Source: Veleropilina oligotropha
Lineage: Eukaryota
Length of the DNA: 64,000 nucleotides
Assembly: GCA_048128005.1 (NCBI GenBank)
Contig: JBEUKZ010000035.1
Location: 1-64,000 of the forward strand
Direction: 5' to 3'
Positions 12,796-27,155 of this stretch are shown in pieces; within the stretch, counting starts at the first letter, position 1, and the number at the start of each line of letters is the position of its first letter. A model generated the notes under the pieces. It had not been told where the DNA came from, did not search any database, and saw only the letters and a program-made list of their open reading frames with translations. The position numbers were made by a program, and so were the translations under genes.

Positions 12796-14860
12796 TGATG
12801 CAGAAAGAAATAAGAATAAGTAAATTCAACCACCGGTCAACATGAAGTACTTTTCACAATTCTCTTGTCATTATTTCAGCCGATAAGCATAACATTGCTA
12901 AATTATCCCATAATGTTGTGGCCCAAGAAATGAAAAAACAAACAGGAAATATTTTAGACCTGAAAACCACGCGTAACGGCAACATAATAATTACATACAA
13001 TACCAATGCCCAATTCCGAACCGCTCAAGCGCTAAAGTTATTTAACGGAGTCCCCGTTACCGCATGAACAGTAACTGACGGTCAAAATACAACCAACGGC
13101 GTCATTAAACGTACTGACCTCCGCTTTTCAGACGACAAAATTCTTTATCGACTGAAACAAGAAAATAACACATTCTTAATGTAAAGCGACTAGTGCTCAA
13201 AGGTAAAACCGAAAGCAGAGCGATATTAATCCCTTTCAAAACCGCATGTTTACCGAAACTTGTCCGACTTTTTAACTCTCCCTAACTCCCCTTCCCATCC
13301 GATGCGTTAAGTGCCAGAAATTCGGATATACATCGAAAGTGTGCAAAAGCACGATTGATGTGTGTTCGAAATGCAGGGGTGAACATAGGTATGAAAACTG
13401 TTATAGAAGTTATAACAAATGTGCTAATTGTGGCGGCGACCACAGCGCCGGTTTCACAGGTTTCCCCGCATATCGGGAAAAGCAATTTGTCGTCATAACC
13501 AAGCGCAGATCCAGGAATTTCGCTTAGGGGGGGGGGTGCTGAATTTACTATCAACTGTTCGCGTGGGGGCGGGGCCCCACGCAAAAGAAAATTTTGAGAA
13601 TCAACAGCCTGAAACCCCCTCTCCTGCACTCTGACAGGCAAAAGCGATATTTCATTCGAACTTTTTATGAACCACCGTCAATCAAATAGCACGAGTCAAA
13701 TTTGTATTTTATTTTGTCTTAATGAAATTGTCCGCGTGGGGTCGGCGCCCCACGCGCAAGAAAATTTTGACAATTAACGATGTACATCGTGAAATCCCCC
13801 CTCCTGCATTATTGCATTGCAACAGCCTATTTATAATGTTCTGGAAGTCATTTGTATCAGATTATACATATTATTTTGGCATGTTTTAGGCCCCCCCCCC
13901 CCTGGATCCGTGCCTGATAACAAAGTGCAGCAGTCAATCGAGAACAATAAACGACGACAAAATAAAGGCAAGTGTGAATGCAAAATCACCGACATCCTAT
14001 GCCGACGCGGTCAAAACAAAAGAACAAACTTCTTAATCTGAAACGCAAACCGAGTTCCCTAACCCGATTAATGAAACAAAGGGCGAACAGATAGAAATCA
14101 ATGAAACAAATCTTTCCGGAAAAGTAACCTTCGAGGGACTACACTTTATCATCGACACATTATTTGAAATATTCCATAAAACTCTTGAGCATGAAACCGA
14201 TACAATAAAGCTAGAAACAGAAATAGAGCGCAAAAACCGAAGATTCAAAATTTTAAATGAAGCAATAGCAGAAAGCTTAGATGAAATAACCCAAATTGAA
14301 ACGCCGCCCTTGTCAAACCAAGAAACGAACACTGCAAAATGGCCTAAAGCACAACGTGAAAAACGAATCAATAATAGAGCGCGTAACAACTCCCCAAACA
14401 AACAAGATACAATACAGGAAACTCCATCACCAAAGGAAGATGCAAACATTCCAAATGAAACAACAAACAAATCGGACGAAATAATCACAGAGACCCCAAA
14501 CATAAAGCGCGACAGTGAAACAATGGACGCTTTTATGAAACCTCTGTCAGTAGCGTCGACTCAATCAGAGACACCAATACTCCGACACCTCCGAAGTAGA
14601 CAAAACAGAAACGCAAACCGAGTCAAACAAAAAAGTTGAAGGTGCAATAACCGAGACCTCCAATATTAAGAGCGCAAATGTAACAAGCAAAACCTGTCGA
14701 AATCCCAAGAGAGTAACACCGTTGCAAATAAAGACAACAAATAAAACACTGAAAAGCGTGACACCCCTTGCGAAACGAACCAGACTTCAACAATCCAAAA
14801 ACGGATTTAAAAACTGCAAAAACACGCCAGTAACAGGTAACAACAAAGACAGCAAACCAA
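12796..14860 (+). pseudogene. LINE ORF1 (gag-like), disrupted
   Basis: Zinc knuckles KCQKFGYTSKVC, CSKCRGEHRYENC and CANCGGDHSA at ~13300-13460; many stops; MITE insertion. Confidence 0.7.
13500..13916. mobile_element. MITE inserted in LINE ORF1
   Basis: Termini caagcgcagatccagg / cctggatccgtgcctg with adjacent poly-G and poly-C; ATAAC duplicated on both sides. Confidence 0.8.
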
Positions 14861-16458
14861 ACTTTTGTCTATAATGGGCTTAAAAATCATACAATGGAAT
14901 TCCAGAGGTGTGAGAGGAAATAAAGCAGAACTAGAGTTACCAATTAACTCCACTAAACCAGACATAATGTCTACAGGAAAAAAACCTAACCCGACGGGCC
15001 GGCCCAGCCGCAAAATTTGAAACATGTACACAGATTTACTACACTATGAAAAGATAGACATAATCTACAAAAACAAAAAGCGTCAAGTGGCTGTGCCATA
15101 TGTGTAAAAGACACATTACATTACGGAGAAATTAATTTAAACCTAAGAACACTCGAAGGTAACTGCATACAAATATTTTTATAGAAATCATAACCATAGC
15201 GCACAGCAACTCAAAGAGGACCTAAATGTTCTAACTACAAACCATAATGATAACGCGGTAATCGTAGGTGACTTCAACTCCCACTGTCATCAATGGGGCA
15301 GCGACCGAACCGACCGATGCGGCATTCAAATAGTAGATTTTGCAGCCGAAAATAATCTTGTAGTCCTTAACGACAATAGTGGAACTAGATGTAACCTGAT
15401 TAACCAAAACCACACAATGATCGATTTAATCATTACGTCCGACTCCATTGTGCATAAATGTAACTGGTACGTTCATGATGACCTTATGGGAAGTGACCAT
15501 TATCCAATTTTCACCAAAATAGACATAACGCCCGAAATATAAAACTATGCCACGAACCCAAGTGTATTTTTAGAAAAGCAGATTGGCCAACGTTCCACGA
15601 TGAATGCCTTAACATATACAAAAATGAAATTTTTGATGAGGATATATAGAAATTTTCAATGAAAATCTAGTCAACCGTATGATCTCTATTGCGAACAAAC
15701 ATTTTCCTAAAACTGAATAATAAAATTCCAGTACCGTGGTGGAACGATAAATGCAAAAAAGCATTAAAAAAGCGTAAGAAAGCTCTAACCAGATGTAGAC
15801 GAACCAAAAAACCATCAGATATAGATGAGTACAAAATTGCGAAATCTACAGCCAAAAAAGTAGTCAAAGAATCTAAAAGCAAAAACTGGAGCGAATTCTG
15901 CACAACGCTAATCGACAAATCAGATAGCAGGAAAGTTTGGTAACAAAATTAAAATAATTAATGAAAAAAAAAAAACTTGCATACCAACACGAGGTAAAAC
16001 AACATTGGCAAAAAGTAATAAACAGAAAGCCGAAATACTAGCTAAAAGTTATGCGCAAGTCAGTAGCACACGTAACAATAACTGTGAATTTTTAGACAAA
16101 AAAGAAGAGCGCAAGACCGCCTTCCAGAACGAACCAATCGATGTAGAAGAACCAACAAATCCGCTAAATATTCCGTTTTCTATGTCAGAACTAACCGAGG
16201 CCTTATCAAATAAAAAAGGAACATCTACAGGACAGGATAAAGTTAGCTATGAAATGTACACATGCCAATAAAGACATTAAAAATAATTATTTTGCTTTTT
16301 AATGCTACTTGGGAAAAGGGATATCTCCCGGCACCATGGAAACGGGCCGAAATTATCGCCATCCTTAAACCAAATAAAGATCCAAGTGATCCCAAATCTT
16401 ACAGATCGATCTCACTCTCATCTAACTTATGCAAAACACTTGAAATCATGATAAATAA

Positions 16459-16722
16459 GCCGCTTCGGCAGCGCAGTTGGTAAGATCGAGTGCCCACTCT
16501 AAATTCACCTACTTGATTCCGCTAATGCGAACAGTGGTGGGTTCATTACCTGGCTGAGGCATTGACATTTGTTCAAGTTATGAATCACAGTTGTCCCCAC
16601 AACTGTCCGAAGAGGGTGGGTTTACCCGAGCGACCAGGGTTTCCTCCAGCGATAACATGGACATGTCCTGCCTTGAACCTCGATGTTGTAAATATACAGG
16701 ACATTAATCATCATTCCTACCT
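16459..16722 (+). mobile_element. tRNA-derived SINE inserted in the old LINE ORF2
   Basis: Homologous to the 7877 copy; 13-bp TSD TCATGATAAATAA. Confidence 0.9.
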
Positions 16723-18229
16723 TCATGATAAATAAAAGAATTGTCTACCATCTGTAGAAAAATAACCTCATTAACCCGAATGAGAGTGGTTTTCGGAAAA
16801 ATAGGTAAACAACTGACCAACTCGTAAGAATTGAAACTGACATCAGGAAAGGATTTATTCAAAATAAAAAATACTAGCAGTCTTCATCGATTTTGAAAAA
16901 GCATATGATATGATCTGGCATGAAGTCCTCAAACACAAAATTAAAAACCTAGGGATATCCGGTAAAATGCTAAAATGGATAGGCAACTTTTTGGAAAGTA
17001 GGAAAATCAACGTAAGAGTAGATGATTACGATCTCGAAAATGGTACCCCACAAGGTAGTGTGTGTCATAAGCCCAACTCTTTTTAATGTAATGATCAACG
17101 ACCTAGATGAAAATCTAATAGAAAACAACTTGACTAAAACATCACTGTTTGCCGATGATAGCGCAATATGGAACACTAATAAAAAGGTTAAAAAACTAGA
17201 GTCATGTATCAATAAAAATCTGAAATCCATACATGAATGGTCACAAGACTGGGGATTCAAAATATCAGAATCCAAAACAGTAGGCATACTTTTCTCAAAA
17301 CGTACATTAGACGGCGTAAAACCCAAATTAATACTAAATAACACTCAAGTGAGTATGGAAAATAGAGCAACTTTTTTAGGCATGACATTTGATAGATAAC
17401 TAAACTGGCACGCCCACATTAACAAACTCGTCCAAAATTGCAACAAAGTGTTGAACCTCATGAGATGCGTCTCCGGATGTGAATGGGGAGCTGATAGACA
17501 AACCCAAACTATGCTCTATAAATCATTAATAATGTCAAGGATAGACTACAGTTGCCAAGCATATGGCTCAGGGATTCCACATCTTTTAAAAAATCAAAAA
17601 TCAAGCCCTAAGAATAATCACAGGCACATTTAAGTCAACTCCAATAGCTAGCATCAAAGTCGAAACAAACATCAAACCACTAAAACTACGAAGAATTGAA
17701 ATGACACTTAATTATTGGGCAAAAACAAAATTGCAAGTAGAAAATAACCCTGCAGTTAAACTAGACGCCAACTGTCTAGCTTTCCAAAAATTGTAAAATA
17801 ACAAATGCGTTACTGAGCAACCGTGTACAACCTAATAGCACGAAAATGCAGTCTTGCATTAAATCTTGATAAGATAAATATAGTACAGACCAAACCAGCA
17901 GATAAAGCAACATGGATAAGCTTCAACTCAACTTAGTACAGTAAGTAAGAAAGATGACCTGCCTCTAAACATTAAAACAATGGCATTATCTCACATAGAA
18001 CAAAAGTGGACCGGATACCTAAAGGTATATGTACACTGACGGATCGAAGGACCCAGAAACATCGCAAAACTCAGCAGAGTAGTCATTCCTGAAATAAAAA
18101 TAAATAAAGCATACAAACTACCAAACAACCTGTCGGTATACACCACATAACTTGTAGCAATCGAACAGGCAAGGATTATAATAAACGAGAATGAACCAAA
18201 TAAAGTTGTAATTTTTTTGGACTCATTAT

Positions 18230-18578
18230 GCAGCCGTGGTACAGTGGTAGATGCACTGGCCTCTCACTCGAGAGGTTTGGGGTTCAACCCCGATCCCGGC
18301 GACTTCCCTTGGGCAAGGAATTAAAGCATATATTGCCTCGGTTCACCCAGCCGATCTGAGATCTAAATGGGTACCTGGTTGGCAGTGGCAGAATATGTCA
18401 GAATGACTGGTCAAGCGCCTAACAGGCATGTACTTGACCGTAATACTCTCAGAGAGAGTTGAGAAGGAATATGAATGAACAGGCCAATAACCAGGGGAAT
18501 AATAATGTAAGCGCTTTGAGCACGCATTTCATATGTGTGGGAAAGCGCAGATAAATCTTCACATTATTATTATTATTA
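18230..18578 (+). mobile_element. tRNA-headed SINE with a CORE-like centre and L2-like tail; mirror copy at ~38600-38948
   Basis: A box tggtacagtgg, B box ggttcaacc, ccttgggcaag...taaatgggtacc, gcgctttgag...aaagcgc stem, (ATT)n tail. Confidence 0.75.
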
Positions 18579-21500
18579 AGCAGACTTCATATCTTTACAA
18601 CCTGCGACAAACTCAGCCAGACCTGATCTAATTAATAGAATCAAATCATTAAATAAACAACTATGAGATAAAGATATTGAAGTTAATCTCGAATGGATCC
18701 CAGCTCATGTAGGCATTTTAAGTAATGAATTAGCAGATATAGCAGACAAAAGAGGCCTAAATAATATGGACCACAACCTAGATAACATTCAATTCAGCCA
18801 CAAGGAAGTGCAAAGTATCATCAAAGCACATATCGCCAGTGAATGGAAAGACCTATGGACCCATCACAATAGAGGCAGACACCTTTTCAAGCTAAAAAAT
18901 AAATTAAGAAAACCTATCAATATGAAAACTAGTGAATTAGAAACCATAACAATCACACGACTTAGGCTCGGACATTCGGGTCTACTAGCACACAGACATA
19001 CAATTAAGTCGTGCAATTCACCTAACTGTAACAACTGCAACATCCCGGAGACAGTGGAACATTATCTCCTGGAATGCACCGCTCATTCACACGAACGACA
19101 AAAACTCAAAGATACCTTAAAAAAGTATTAATATTTTTGATATAGACACCAAAATTTTGCTAGCTCTGAATGAACCAGTAGCTCACTTCACATATGGAGC
19201 ATTAGCAAAGTACATAACTGACTCTGGCTATATCAATAACATATAGACAAATGCACCCCACCTCAGTAAGAAAATAACCCACAACAATAGTCTAACTAGT
19301 TAGTCAACGAGTTGGTTTGATTCTAGGCAAACAACCGCACGCGGTTTGTCTAAAGCCGGCCCGCATACAATTTTAACTAGTTAGTCAACGAGTTGGTTTG
19401 ATTCTAGGCAAACAACCGTGTGCGGTTTGTCTAAAGGCGGCAACTCGCCACGTAAAAAACAAACTATATCTCGACAACATTTAGCAATATACATAACCGA
19501 CATCGGATATATAAACAAAATGTAACAAAGTGCGCCAACACTACAGAAACTGGTACAAACAGACTTAGCGATAAGAGGAGAGGGAGGCCAGTACAGCAAA
19601 ACTCCCTCAAACTACCAAAAAAATAAATGAAAAACTATAATCCCCCCAAAAAACTTTAAAATATTATATTATATAACAGTGATAAGCACCTCATTTTGTA
19701 TTTCCTGCATATACAGCCACTACCTTAAACCGCAATCCTGAATCACTCACGGTGAAGAAAATATACCAGGATTTCCCCTCTACTTTTTCCTTCTGCATTT
19801 TTTCTTTCATTTAGGTCTAGCACATCCACAATTAATGAAAACGGTTCAATGCTATTGACAGAGGGGCAATAGCTGCTATCCAAGCAACATCACATTAACG
19901 TGTTAGTAAGGAAGGGCTATACAATTTGAAGGAATGTGTTATACCACATACAATAAAAGATTACGGCACATTCATAAGTAATGAAAGCGGCCCAATGCTT
20001 TGGCAGAGGGGTTATAGACACTGTCAATGCGACATCTCATGATACGAAGCAGCGAAGGTCTAAATAAATCGTGGGAAAGTGCGTAAACAAAATCATATAA
20101 AACAACCTACAGTACATACATACAAACTACCCTAAAAACACAATCCTGACATACTCATGGTGGAGAGAATATAACAGGATTTTCCCCTCTACTTTTTTGT
20201 TTCTGATATAGGTCTAGCACATTCACAAATAATGAAAGCGGCTCAATGCTATTGACAGAGGGGCAATAGTCACTATGCAAGCAACATCAGATTCATACTA
20301 AGGTGTTAGTAAGGAAGGGCTGTAAAATTCGAGGGAATGTGCTATACCACATACAATAAACGTCAACGATACATTCATTATTAATGAAAGCAGCCCAATG
20401 CTTTGACAGAGTGGCTATAGACACTGTCAATGCGACATCTCATGATGCGGTCTTTTAAATCGCGGGAAAGTTCGTACATAAAATAAAATAAAATAACCTA
20501 AATACATACAAACAAACAACTGGCGTTCACCTACACACTTTCTCCACCCTCTCTTCTTTTTTTAGAAACTATGTAACATTATTATCTAGATTTCACATTT
20601 CAACTCTACATAACGCAAGTAATAACTTATGTTTAAATCGTTATGTAACGATTATATATCCTTTATTTTCTCACTCGTTAACTTAACTTATTTTGTTCAC
20701 TTTAGAAATAAATTAACCATTATAAATTTCAATATACGGAAGTACCTTTCAACTACCAAGTAAATTCTATGTTATAACTTTTCAATAATCGTAATGTAAC
20801 TTCATATACTGTACTACTAAAATGAGGTTTTTAAGTAAACCTAATATTAGTATAAAACATACTTACGTCCTTACTCTTGCCATAATAGTCATATTATCGC
20901 CAACCGGAAACAGTGAATAATATCACATTTATGCACTTATTTAAGTCAAACATACTATGATTACCTCCCCTGCTCTCCCTCTCTAAGTTCCCCCGGCGAG
21001 ATCTCGCCAAGTCTCGCGAGATATCCGAGCTCGAGATCACAAGCCCTCAATTCAAAGTTCAGAACCCCAAAGGAACTTAGTAAGAGGGGAGGAATGCGAA
21101 AGCGCAGGGTGGGTAATCGTAGTAAGGACGTAAGTATATATGTTTTATACTAATATTAGGTTTACTTAAAAACCTCATATGTAGTTACAAACATACTTAC
21201 GTCCTTACTCTTGCCAGAATGACCTTGGATAGGTGGGTAAGAAGTTCCTTACAACAAACCCAAACAAGATTATGACTTACTTTTCACCATCTCAATCAGC
21301 ATGAAGCGTCGATTGTGTCCGCCCAGAGTGGAATTTACTGAGTATTATATTCTACTCTTACCAGGCGATAATTTCGACCAGTGTTACCGGGAGAATACGC
21401 CGTGGTGTTAGTCGGACGAGGTGAATGGAATTGCAATCAGCCCCAGGCACGGCCGGAAGGATGGATCCTTGTAGGTCTTACGTGTCATGGACCAGTGGCA

Positions 21501-22017
21501 GCCAACTGGTACTCCGGACCAACGGTCGGTAGCCAGAGGAAGCAGTCGGATTTGTAGGCACACAGAACCTAATAGTTAGGCTGTGAATACATCAAATCTT
21601 AAGCAAAGAATTAATAGATTATTAATAATAATCGATATTAATAAGTGATTCGCATGACCAACTTGCGAATAGCTAACATGGTACAACATGTTACTTAAAA
21701 TAAATTTTAAGGAAGCAAATATTAAAATTTTTTCAATGTCTTGAACTAGTATGTTCTGTAACAGCATAGAACATCAATAATATTGAACCTCAAAATCCTA
21801 TAAGACTTTTGCAATATAAATGTTTATTAAATTCAATGTGAACTGGCCTGTCAAAATACTCAGGTATGACATGAAAGTATCAAAATCTTAAAATGTTTTT
21901 AAGAAATGAACATACATTGAATCGCCTCATAATGTGTCTATTTCATAGAACAGATAGGCATGACAAATAACACTGCGTCAGCACGAAGTGTTTAATTGAC
22001 AAATCAAGAAACAATAC

Positions 22018-24357
22018 TCACTGATTAGACGACCTCGGTCTAACAATACATCGTTGAGCAGCCACACACTGCAGACTGCTCAATCCATCAGCCCCAGCTG
22101 CAATTGCACGGACCTCGTGCGCGCGCACTGATACAATAGTGCGGTCTACTTCTTCACAGCGAGAGTATACATCTCTCACTACCTGTGAAATCCACCGCGA
22201 AACAGTCGTCTTCGTAATGTCGCGGGTATAAGAAGGTAAATACGAAATGAATAAACGTAGTTTTCCTTGCCGCATATCACGGGTCCTGTCGGGGTAGTAG
22301 CGTAGGGCCCGCACGGGGCAGTTTAACCGATCTATATCGTGCCTTCCGACCAGCGTAAGCTTGGGGATAATGATGTCGGGGGCGTCCTCGTTCGGCCGTT
22401 GATTCTTGGCGAGAAAGCCCAAGATAGAACGCAGCATCACCGACCCGTCTGACTGGAAGCGAACGTCTCGTAGCTCTGCGGATAAACTATGAATCTCGGA
22501 ACAACGCCTGCCCGACGCTAGGGCGATAAGAAAAACCGTTTTGTGCGTTAAGTTCCTCATAGACGCCGAGGACATAGGCTCGTACGGCGTTAATAGTAGA
22601 GCGTTAAGAATGAGAACGATGTTCCAGGCAGGCGGCCGTATTGTTCGGGTCGGAATTTCGAGTTCGTAGGATCGTATAAAATCCGAAATCGTTCGATCGC
22701 TTGACAGGCTAACATGGGCACGGCACTGTTTTAATGTGGTCGCGACCGTTGCCCGATAGCCTTTGACGGCGGACACTGACATACCGCGTTCAAAGAGCGA
22801 TGTTAAAAACTTGATAAACTTGTTCACAGGGGGGCGGAGAATATTGACTTGCCGGCTGTGACACCAATCCACGTATTTGACCCATCGGTAGTCGTAAACT
22901 TTACACGTGGAAAGCCTTCTCGATCGGTAGATGCGTAGGGCTGTAGCGCGAGAAAATCCTTTCTTAGCGAGGGATCGTTCGATAACCGCCAGGCTTGTAA
23001 ACGTAAGTCGTTCGGCGATGGGTGTAATACACAACTGCGCGCCTGCATTAACAGGTCCGGTCTCTGCGGGAGCGCTAACGGTCGATCGACGATCAGATCG
23101 AGGAGGGTCGGAAACCAAGGTTGCGTGCGATACAGGGGCGCGATTAGCGTTATCTCGCAACGTTCGTTCGATGCCTTCCGTAGTACGAGTGTCAGAATGG
23201 ACGACGGGGGGAAGGCATACGCAGACAGATTCTCCCATGTCATTGACAGTGCGTCGACCGCTAGGGCGGCCGGGTCCGGGTACGGGGAGACATACAGAGG
23301 TAGTCGGTAATTGAATTCTGTTGCAAACAGATCGACTTGGGGTTGTGACCACCGGCGACAAACGTCCCGAGCTACTCGGCTGTGTAGCGTCCACTCTGTG
23401 TGTATTATCTGTGATTTCCGAGAGAGCGAGTCCGCTCTGACATTCAGCTTTCCCGGGATGTGTCGGGCTCGAATCGTCGAGTTGAGGGACATCACTAGGC
23501 GGTGTAGGTCGATTGCTCGGTCGCAAAGGGGACGCGAGCGAGTGCCGCCCTGGTGCTGATTGTAAGCGACGACAGTCGTGTTGTCCGTGGCGAGCATTAT
23601 GTGCTTGTTGCAGAGATGTGACGAGAGGGACCGTACTGTCAGGTAGACGGCTTCTAACTCTAGGAAGTTGATGTGTCGTCCCTGAAGGTCCGTGGGCCAT
23701 AGGCCCGATGTCTCGTAACTGTCGAGGTGACCACCCCAGCCGTCGTTCGAAGCGTCTGTGAACAGGTAAGCGTTCGGCTCTGGCGGGGATATAGGAACCG
23801 ACTGGTTCGGCAAAGCAGGGTTCAACCACACTGCTGTCGTGCTGGTAAACAAATGCCGAAGATCGATACGATCCGTCCACTGCCCCGTCCGTTGTATCCA
23901 GCGATCTCTGAACGCCTGTTGTAACGGTCGTTTGTCCATTCGACCCGTCGGTAGCAGGGTCGCTACCGACTCGATGTGCCCCAGGACAGTGGCCAGTTGT
24001 CGCGCCGTAGTTATCTCCGATGACAAGGTGTCCTGAATAACCGCGTGTAGGTTCCGTATACGTTTCTGGGTCGGCTTCGCGGTGTACCGGACCGTGTCGA
24101 AGTCGACTCCGAGGAATGTAAACGTCTTGGAGGGTACGAAGCAGGATTTTGTCTCGTTGATCTGAAATCCCAGGCGCTTCGCCGATGACAGGGTAAAGCT
24201 CGTAGACCGGTGGCACAGATCTCGGGACGCCCCGAGGATCAACCAGTCGTCGAGGTACATATGTACCATGTGCCCTAGAGAGTGTAGGAAGGCTCCGAGG
24301 GCCTGTACTGTTCTCGTGAAGACGTACGGGGCTGACGATAGACCGAACGGTAGGCAC
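22018..24357 (-). pseudogene. DIRS tyrosine recombinase ORF (mirror copy), C-terminally truncated
   Basis: LALASGRRCSEI, LNCPVRAL and AHEVRAIAA motifs; downstream catalytic H/W-Y segment absent. Confidence 0.85.
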
Positions 24358-24860
24358 CTGAATTGGTAGATCGTCTCCCCGTGTATAAACCGAAGGTACT
24401 GATGAGCCGTGATATGCATCGGGACATGCAGATACGCGTCAGATCGATAGACGCTGCCCAGTCTCCCGGACGGATGGCCGCTCGTATCTTCGAGAGGGTT
24501 TCTTGCTGGAATTTCTCGGTGCGAAGATATCGGTTGAGATTCGAGAGATCGAGGATCGGTCGCCAGCGGCCATCGGGTTTCGGGACCAGGAAGAAATGGC
24601 TGTAAAATCCTGGTGTGCTGGGCGGCGCAGGATATATCGCTCCTTTGAGGAGTAAGTCCCGCACTGCCTGGTCTAAGACCGCTTGTTTCTCACCTTGCAG
24701 AGTGCGAGCGCGGCTTGGTGGTGGTGCCTCGGTTAGGCTCGGATGCCGGTTGAATGCCAACTTGTATCCGGCACTCACGACTGAGTGGACCCAGTTGCTG
24801 TCTGTTAGGTCTAGCCACGGCTGGCTGTACGCTAACAGACACGCTCCCACCAGCGGAAGC
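22824..24860 (-). pseudogene. DIRS RT-RNase H-methyltransferase-like ORF (mirror copy), frameshifted
   Basis: FLVPKPDGRWRPILDL, LPFGLSSAP, YLDD, FTDAS, TDN, DLFA...YAFPP. Confidence 0.9.
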
Positions 24861-24893
24861 GGGCAGCTGGGACCGTCGTGTGTGCCGGCAGCC

Positions 24894-27155
24894 CTAGGGC
24901 CGAGACTTCCCTCTCCCGCTCTGCTTACGGGATTTCGTTGGAGGTGCTTGCCTCTTCTGAGTGGGTTTATTGGCCGGGGGCCTACCACCAGAAGAGGGCC
25001 TTGCACGCTTGGAAGGCTGCGGGGTCCGGGTGGGCCCTGAGCGCTTCCTCGAGTCGGCGGGTGGACCCCGGGGGGGGGGGGTGCAGTACCGCCTTCTCGA
25101 TGGCACGGTCCTTCAGATCCGCCGCTCTCTTGTCGACGAATGCCGTAAAATTGTCGCCAAACAGAGTGGTGGCCGAGCAAGGCACGCATCGCAATGAACG
25201 CCGGGTGGCTTCATCTAGCGAGGTGCCTTCCAGGCAAGCATCCCTCAGTCCCTACGAAGTAGGAGAGCGTTACCCAGGACACGTCCCGTCTCCAACGCGC
25301 TGGTCTCCATCACGGCAGCAACCTCCTGGAGGAAGGACAGGGCTGCCTCACGGGCGCCGGGTCCTTCCTCCTGTAATACGGCTATCGCTCCGTCTAGGAA
25401 AAAATCCTGAACGGACGACAGCCGCAGAGCCCGTCGGGCGGAGCTCTCGAAAGCTTCCAAGGCGGACCAAGGAACTTTCGCTACGGAGGGAGTGTGACTG
25501 GCGGTCAGTCGACGAATCGCTGCGTCTACACGAGCCGGCTCAGTCGCCAGGCACGGACCAGTACACGCGAACGGGATCGAACGCGAACTGATCCGGAGGT
25601 ACCGCCCACTACGAAACCCCGAAGGGAACTCGGTTAGCGGGGAGGACTCCACCGGATTGCGCCCCTGAATAAGCTTGGTTGTCGTGTCGACGACAAGATC
25701 AACTAGCCCAGACTGAGGTAAGGAAGGAAGCAAGGGGGCTTCCTTCTCAACAAACCGATGTGCCGCCGTTCTGTGCTTGACCGGGCCTACATCCGACCGG
25801 GTTGGTTCCGGCAGGTCAAGCACCCCGCGAAGTGACGCAACGGCGTCTAGCCTTCGGCGGGTGGTGGAGGTCGGCTCCTGTGTGCCTGAAAGACTACCAG
25901 TGTCTTCGGGCCCGACCGATTCAGGGAGGTCGGAGTGAACGGAGTCGAGGTCCTCGTCGGAACGAGGGTCGATCTCCATCACGGAGGCAGGAGCCGTGCT
26001 CTGCGCCAGGGGCAGAGATGTAGGGAACTGGTGCGGCTGGGGAGCCGGTTGCCAGGCCTTACATCGGGACTCGAACTCCGCCGCGAACATAGCCTGGAAG
26101 TTCTCGTACGAGAAACCCGGAGGCATGACGGGCATCGAACTAACAGCCGGTAGTTCGGTCGAAGTCACCGTGGCGCAAGGTAGACAGGCTGCACGGACGG
26201 GTGGAGCCGAGAACCAGGGTCTCGGGTCACGCGTCGAGTGGTCGTAACCAAAAGAATGGCCCGAAGGCGCATTCAGTGGACCGGGCGACCTGTAGGACTG
26301 CGGCCACAGTCCGTACTGGTCTACCACTCTGTTCGAGCGAGGCACGATGGGATCACCGTAGAACCTCTGCCCGAATGCAGCCGGTCTGTCCACGTTATCT
26401 AGCGTGACCACGGGGGGTGCACGGGAGAGAACGGGCCCTCTGAAAGACTCGTGAGCTCCGAGGTTGAGCGGAAAAACCCAAGGGTTAGTCGCGTCGGTCT
26501 CGGACGAGTGTTCAGGTGTCGCCAATTGTCCGGATCTTAGACCATCGTAATGGTGTCCGGCCTCTTGAAAGGCTTTCTCATTGGGTTGCTCTCCGTCGCT
26601 AAACGGAGAGTTTCCCGCAGAAGGACTAACGTTCCCCGTATTCTTCGAGGCCGAAGAATAGGATGGGGATCGTCTGCCCTGTTCAGCTGTTCGCTGCGCT
26701 GCCAGATATACCTTGCTAGCCGGCAAGGTATGGTTGGCTGCAGTTACTAGGCCCGTTTGAGGAGGATCGGACAGCACTGGGGCTCCTACCTGAATCTGGG
26801 GTACCGGCAAGGTCTCGGCGACTCCCCCCAGAGTCGCCGAGGTTTCGCCGGTCGATCCGGCGACAGACGGTACCTTAGGTTGACTGTCATCCAGCGTCCC
26901 TGAAACAGACAAAGAAGAAACGTTATCCCTTAACTTACCAACATTCTCTTGTCCCTTCTCCGGGGGAGGACCCACCGTAGCAGTCGCCCTGGTCGACTTC
27001 ACGGGTGGGAAAATAAGCGCCCACTGCCTCTCTGTTAAAATTAGGCACAGTTCACATTTGTACAACTTACTACAGCTACGGTGAACACGGCATTCCGTGT
27101 GCCTATCAAATCCGTGGATCTTCTGGTTACACCCGGAGTTGCTGCACCGGACCAT
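24894..27155 (-). pseudogene. DIRS gag-like ORF1 (mirror copy), frameshifted
   Basis: Identical 640-aa translation to 30012-31934. Confidence 0.8.

Larger units (their letters stand above)
14874..19246 (+). pseudogene. LINE ORF2 (APE-RT-RNase H-CCHC), disrupted
   Basis: MGLKIIQWN, GSDHYPI, PWWND, FADD, WIPAHVGI and CNNCNIPETVEHYLLEC motifs; frameshifts and two SINE insertions. Confidence 0.9.
12578..20821 (+). mobile_element. Decayed full-length I-group (Nimb/I-like) LINE: 5' UTR, ORF1, ORF2 and most of the 3' UTR
   Basis: Starts CAGTT directly after a 14-bp TSD AGAACGATCATCCT (12564-12577) whose partner is at 28073-28086 on the minus strand; ORF1 CCHC knuckles; ORF2 collinear with 39195-43004. 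Confidence 0.9.

Noticed and set aside
22931..26750. Many short antisense ORFs inside both DIRS copies
   Set aside because: Expected in GC-rich overlapping coding sequence; no recognisable motifs
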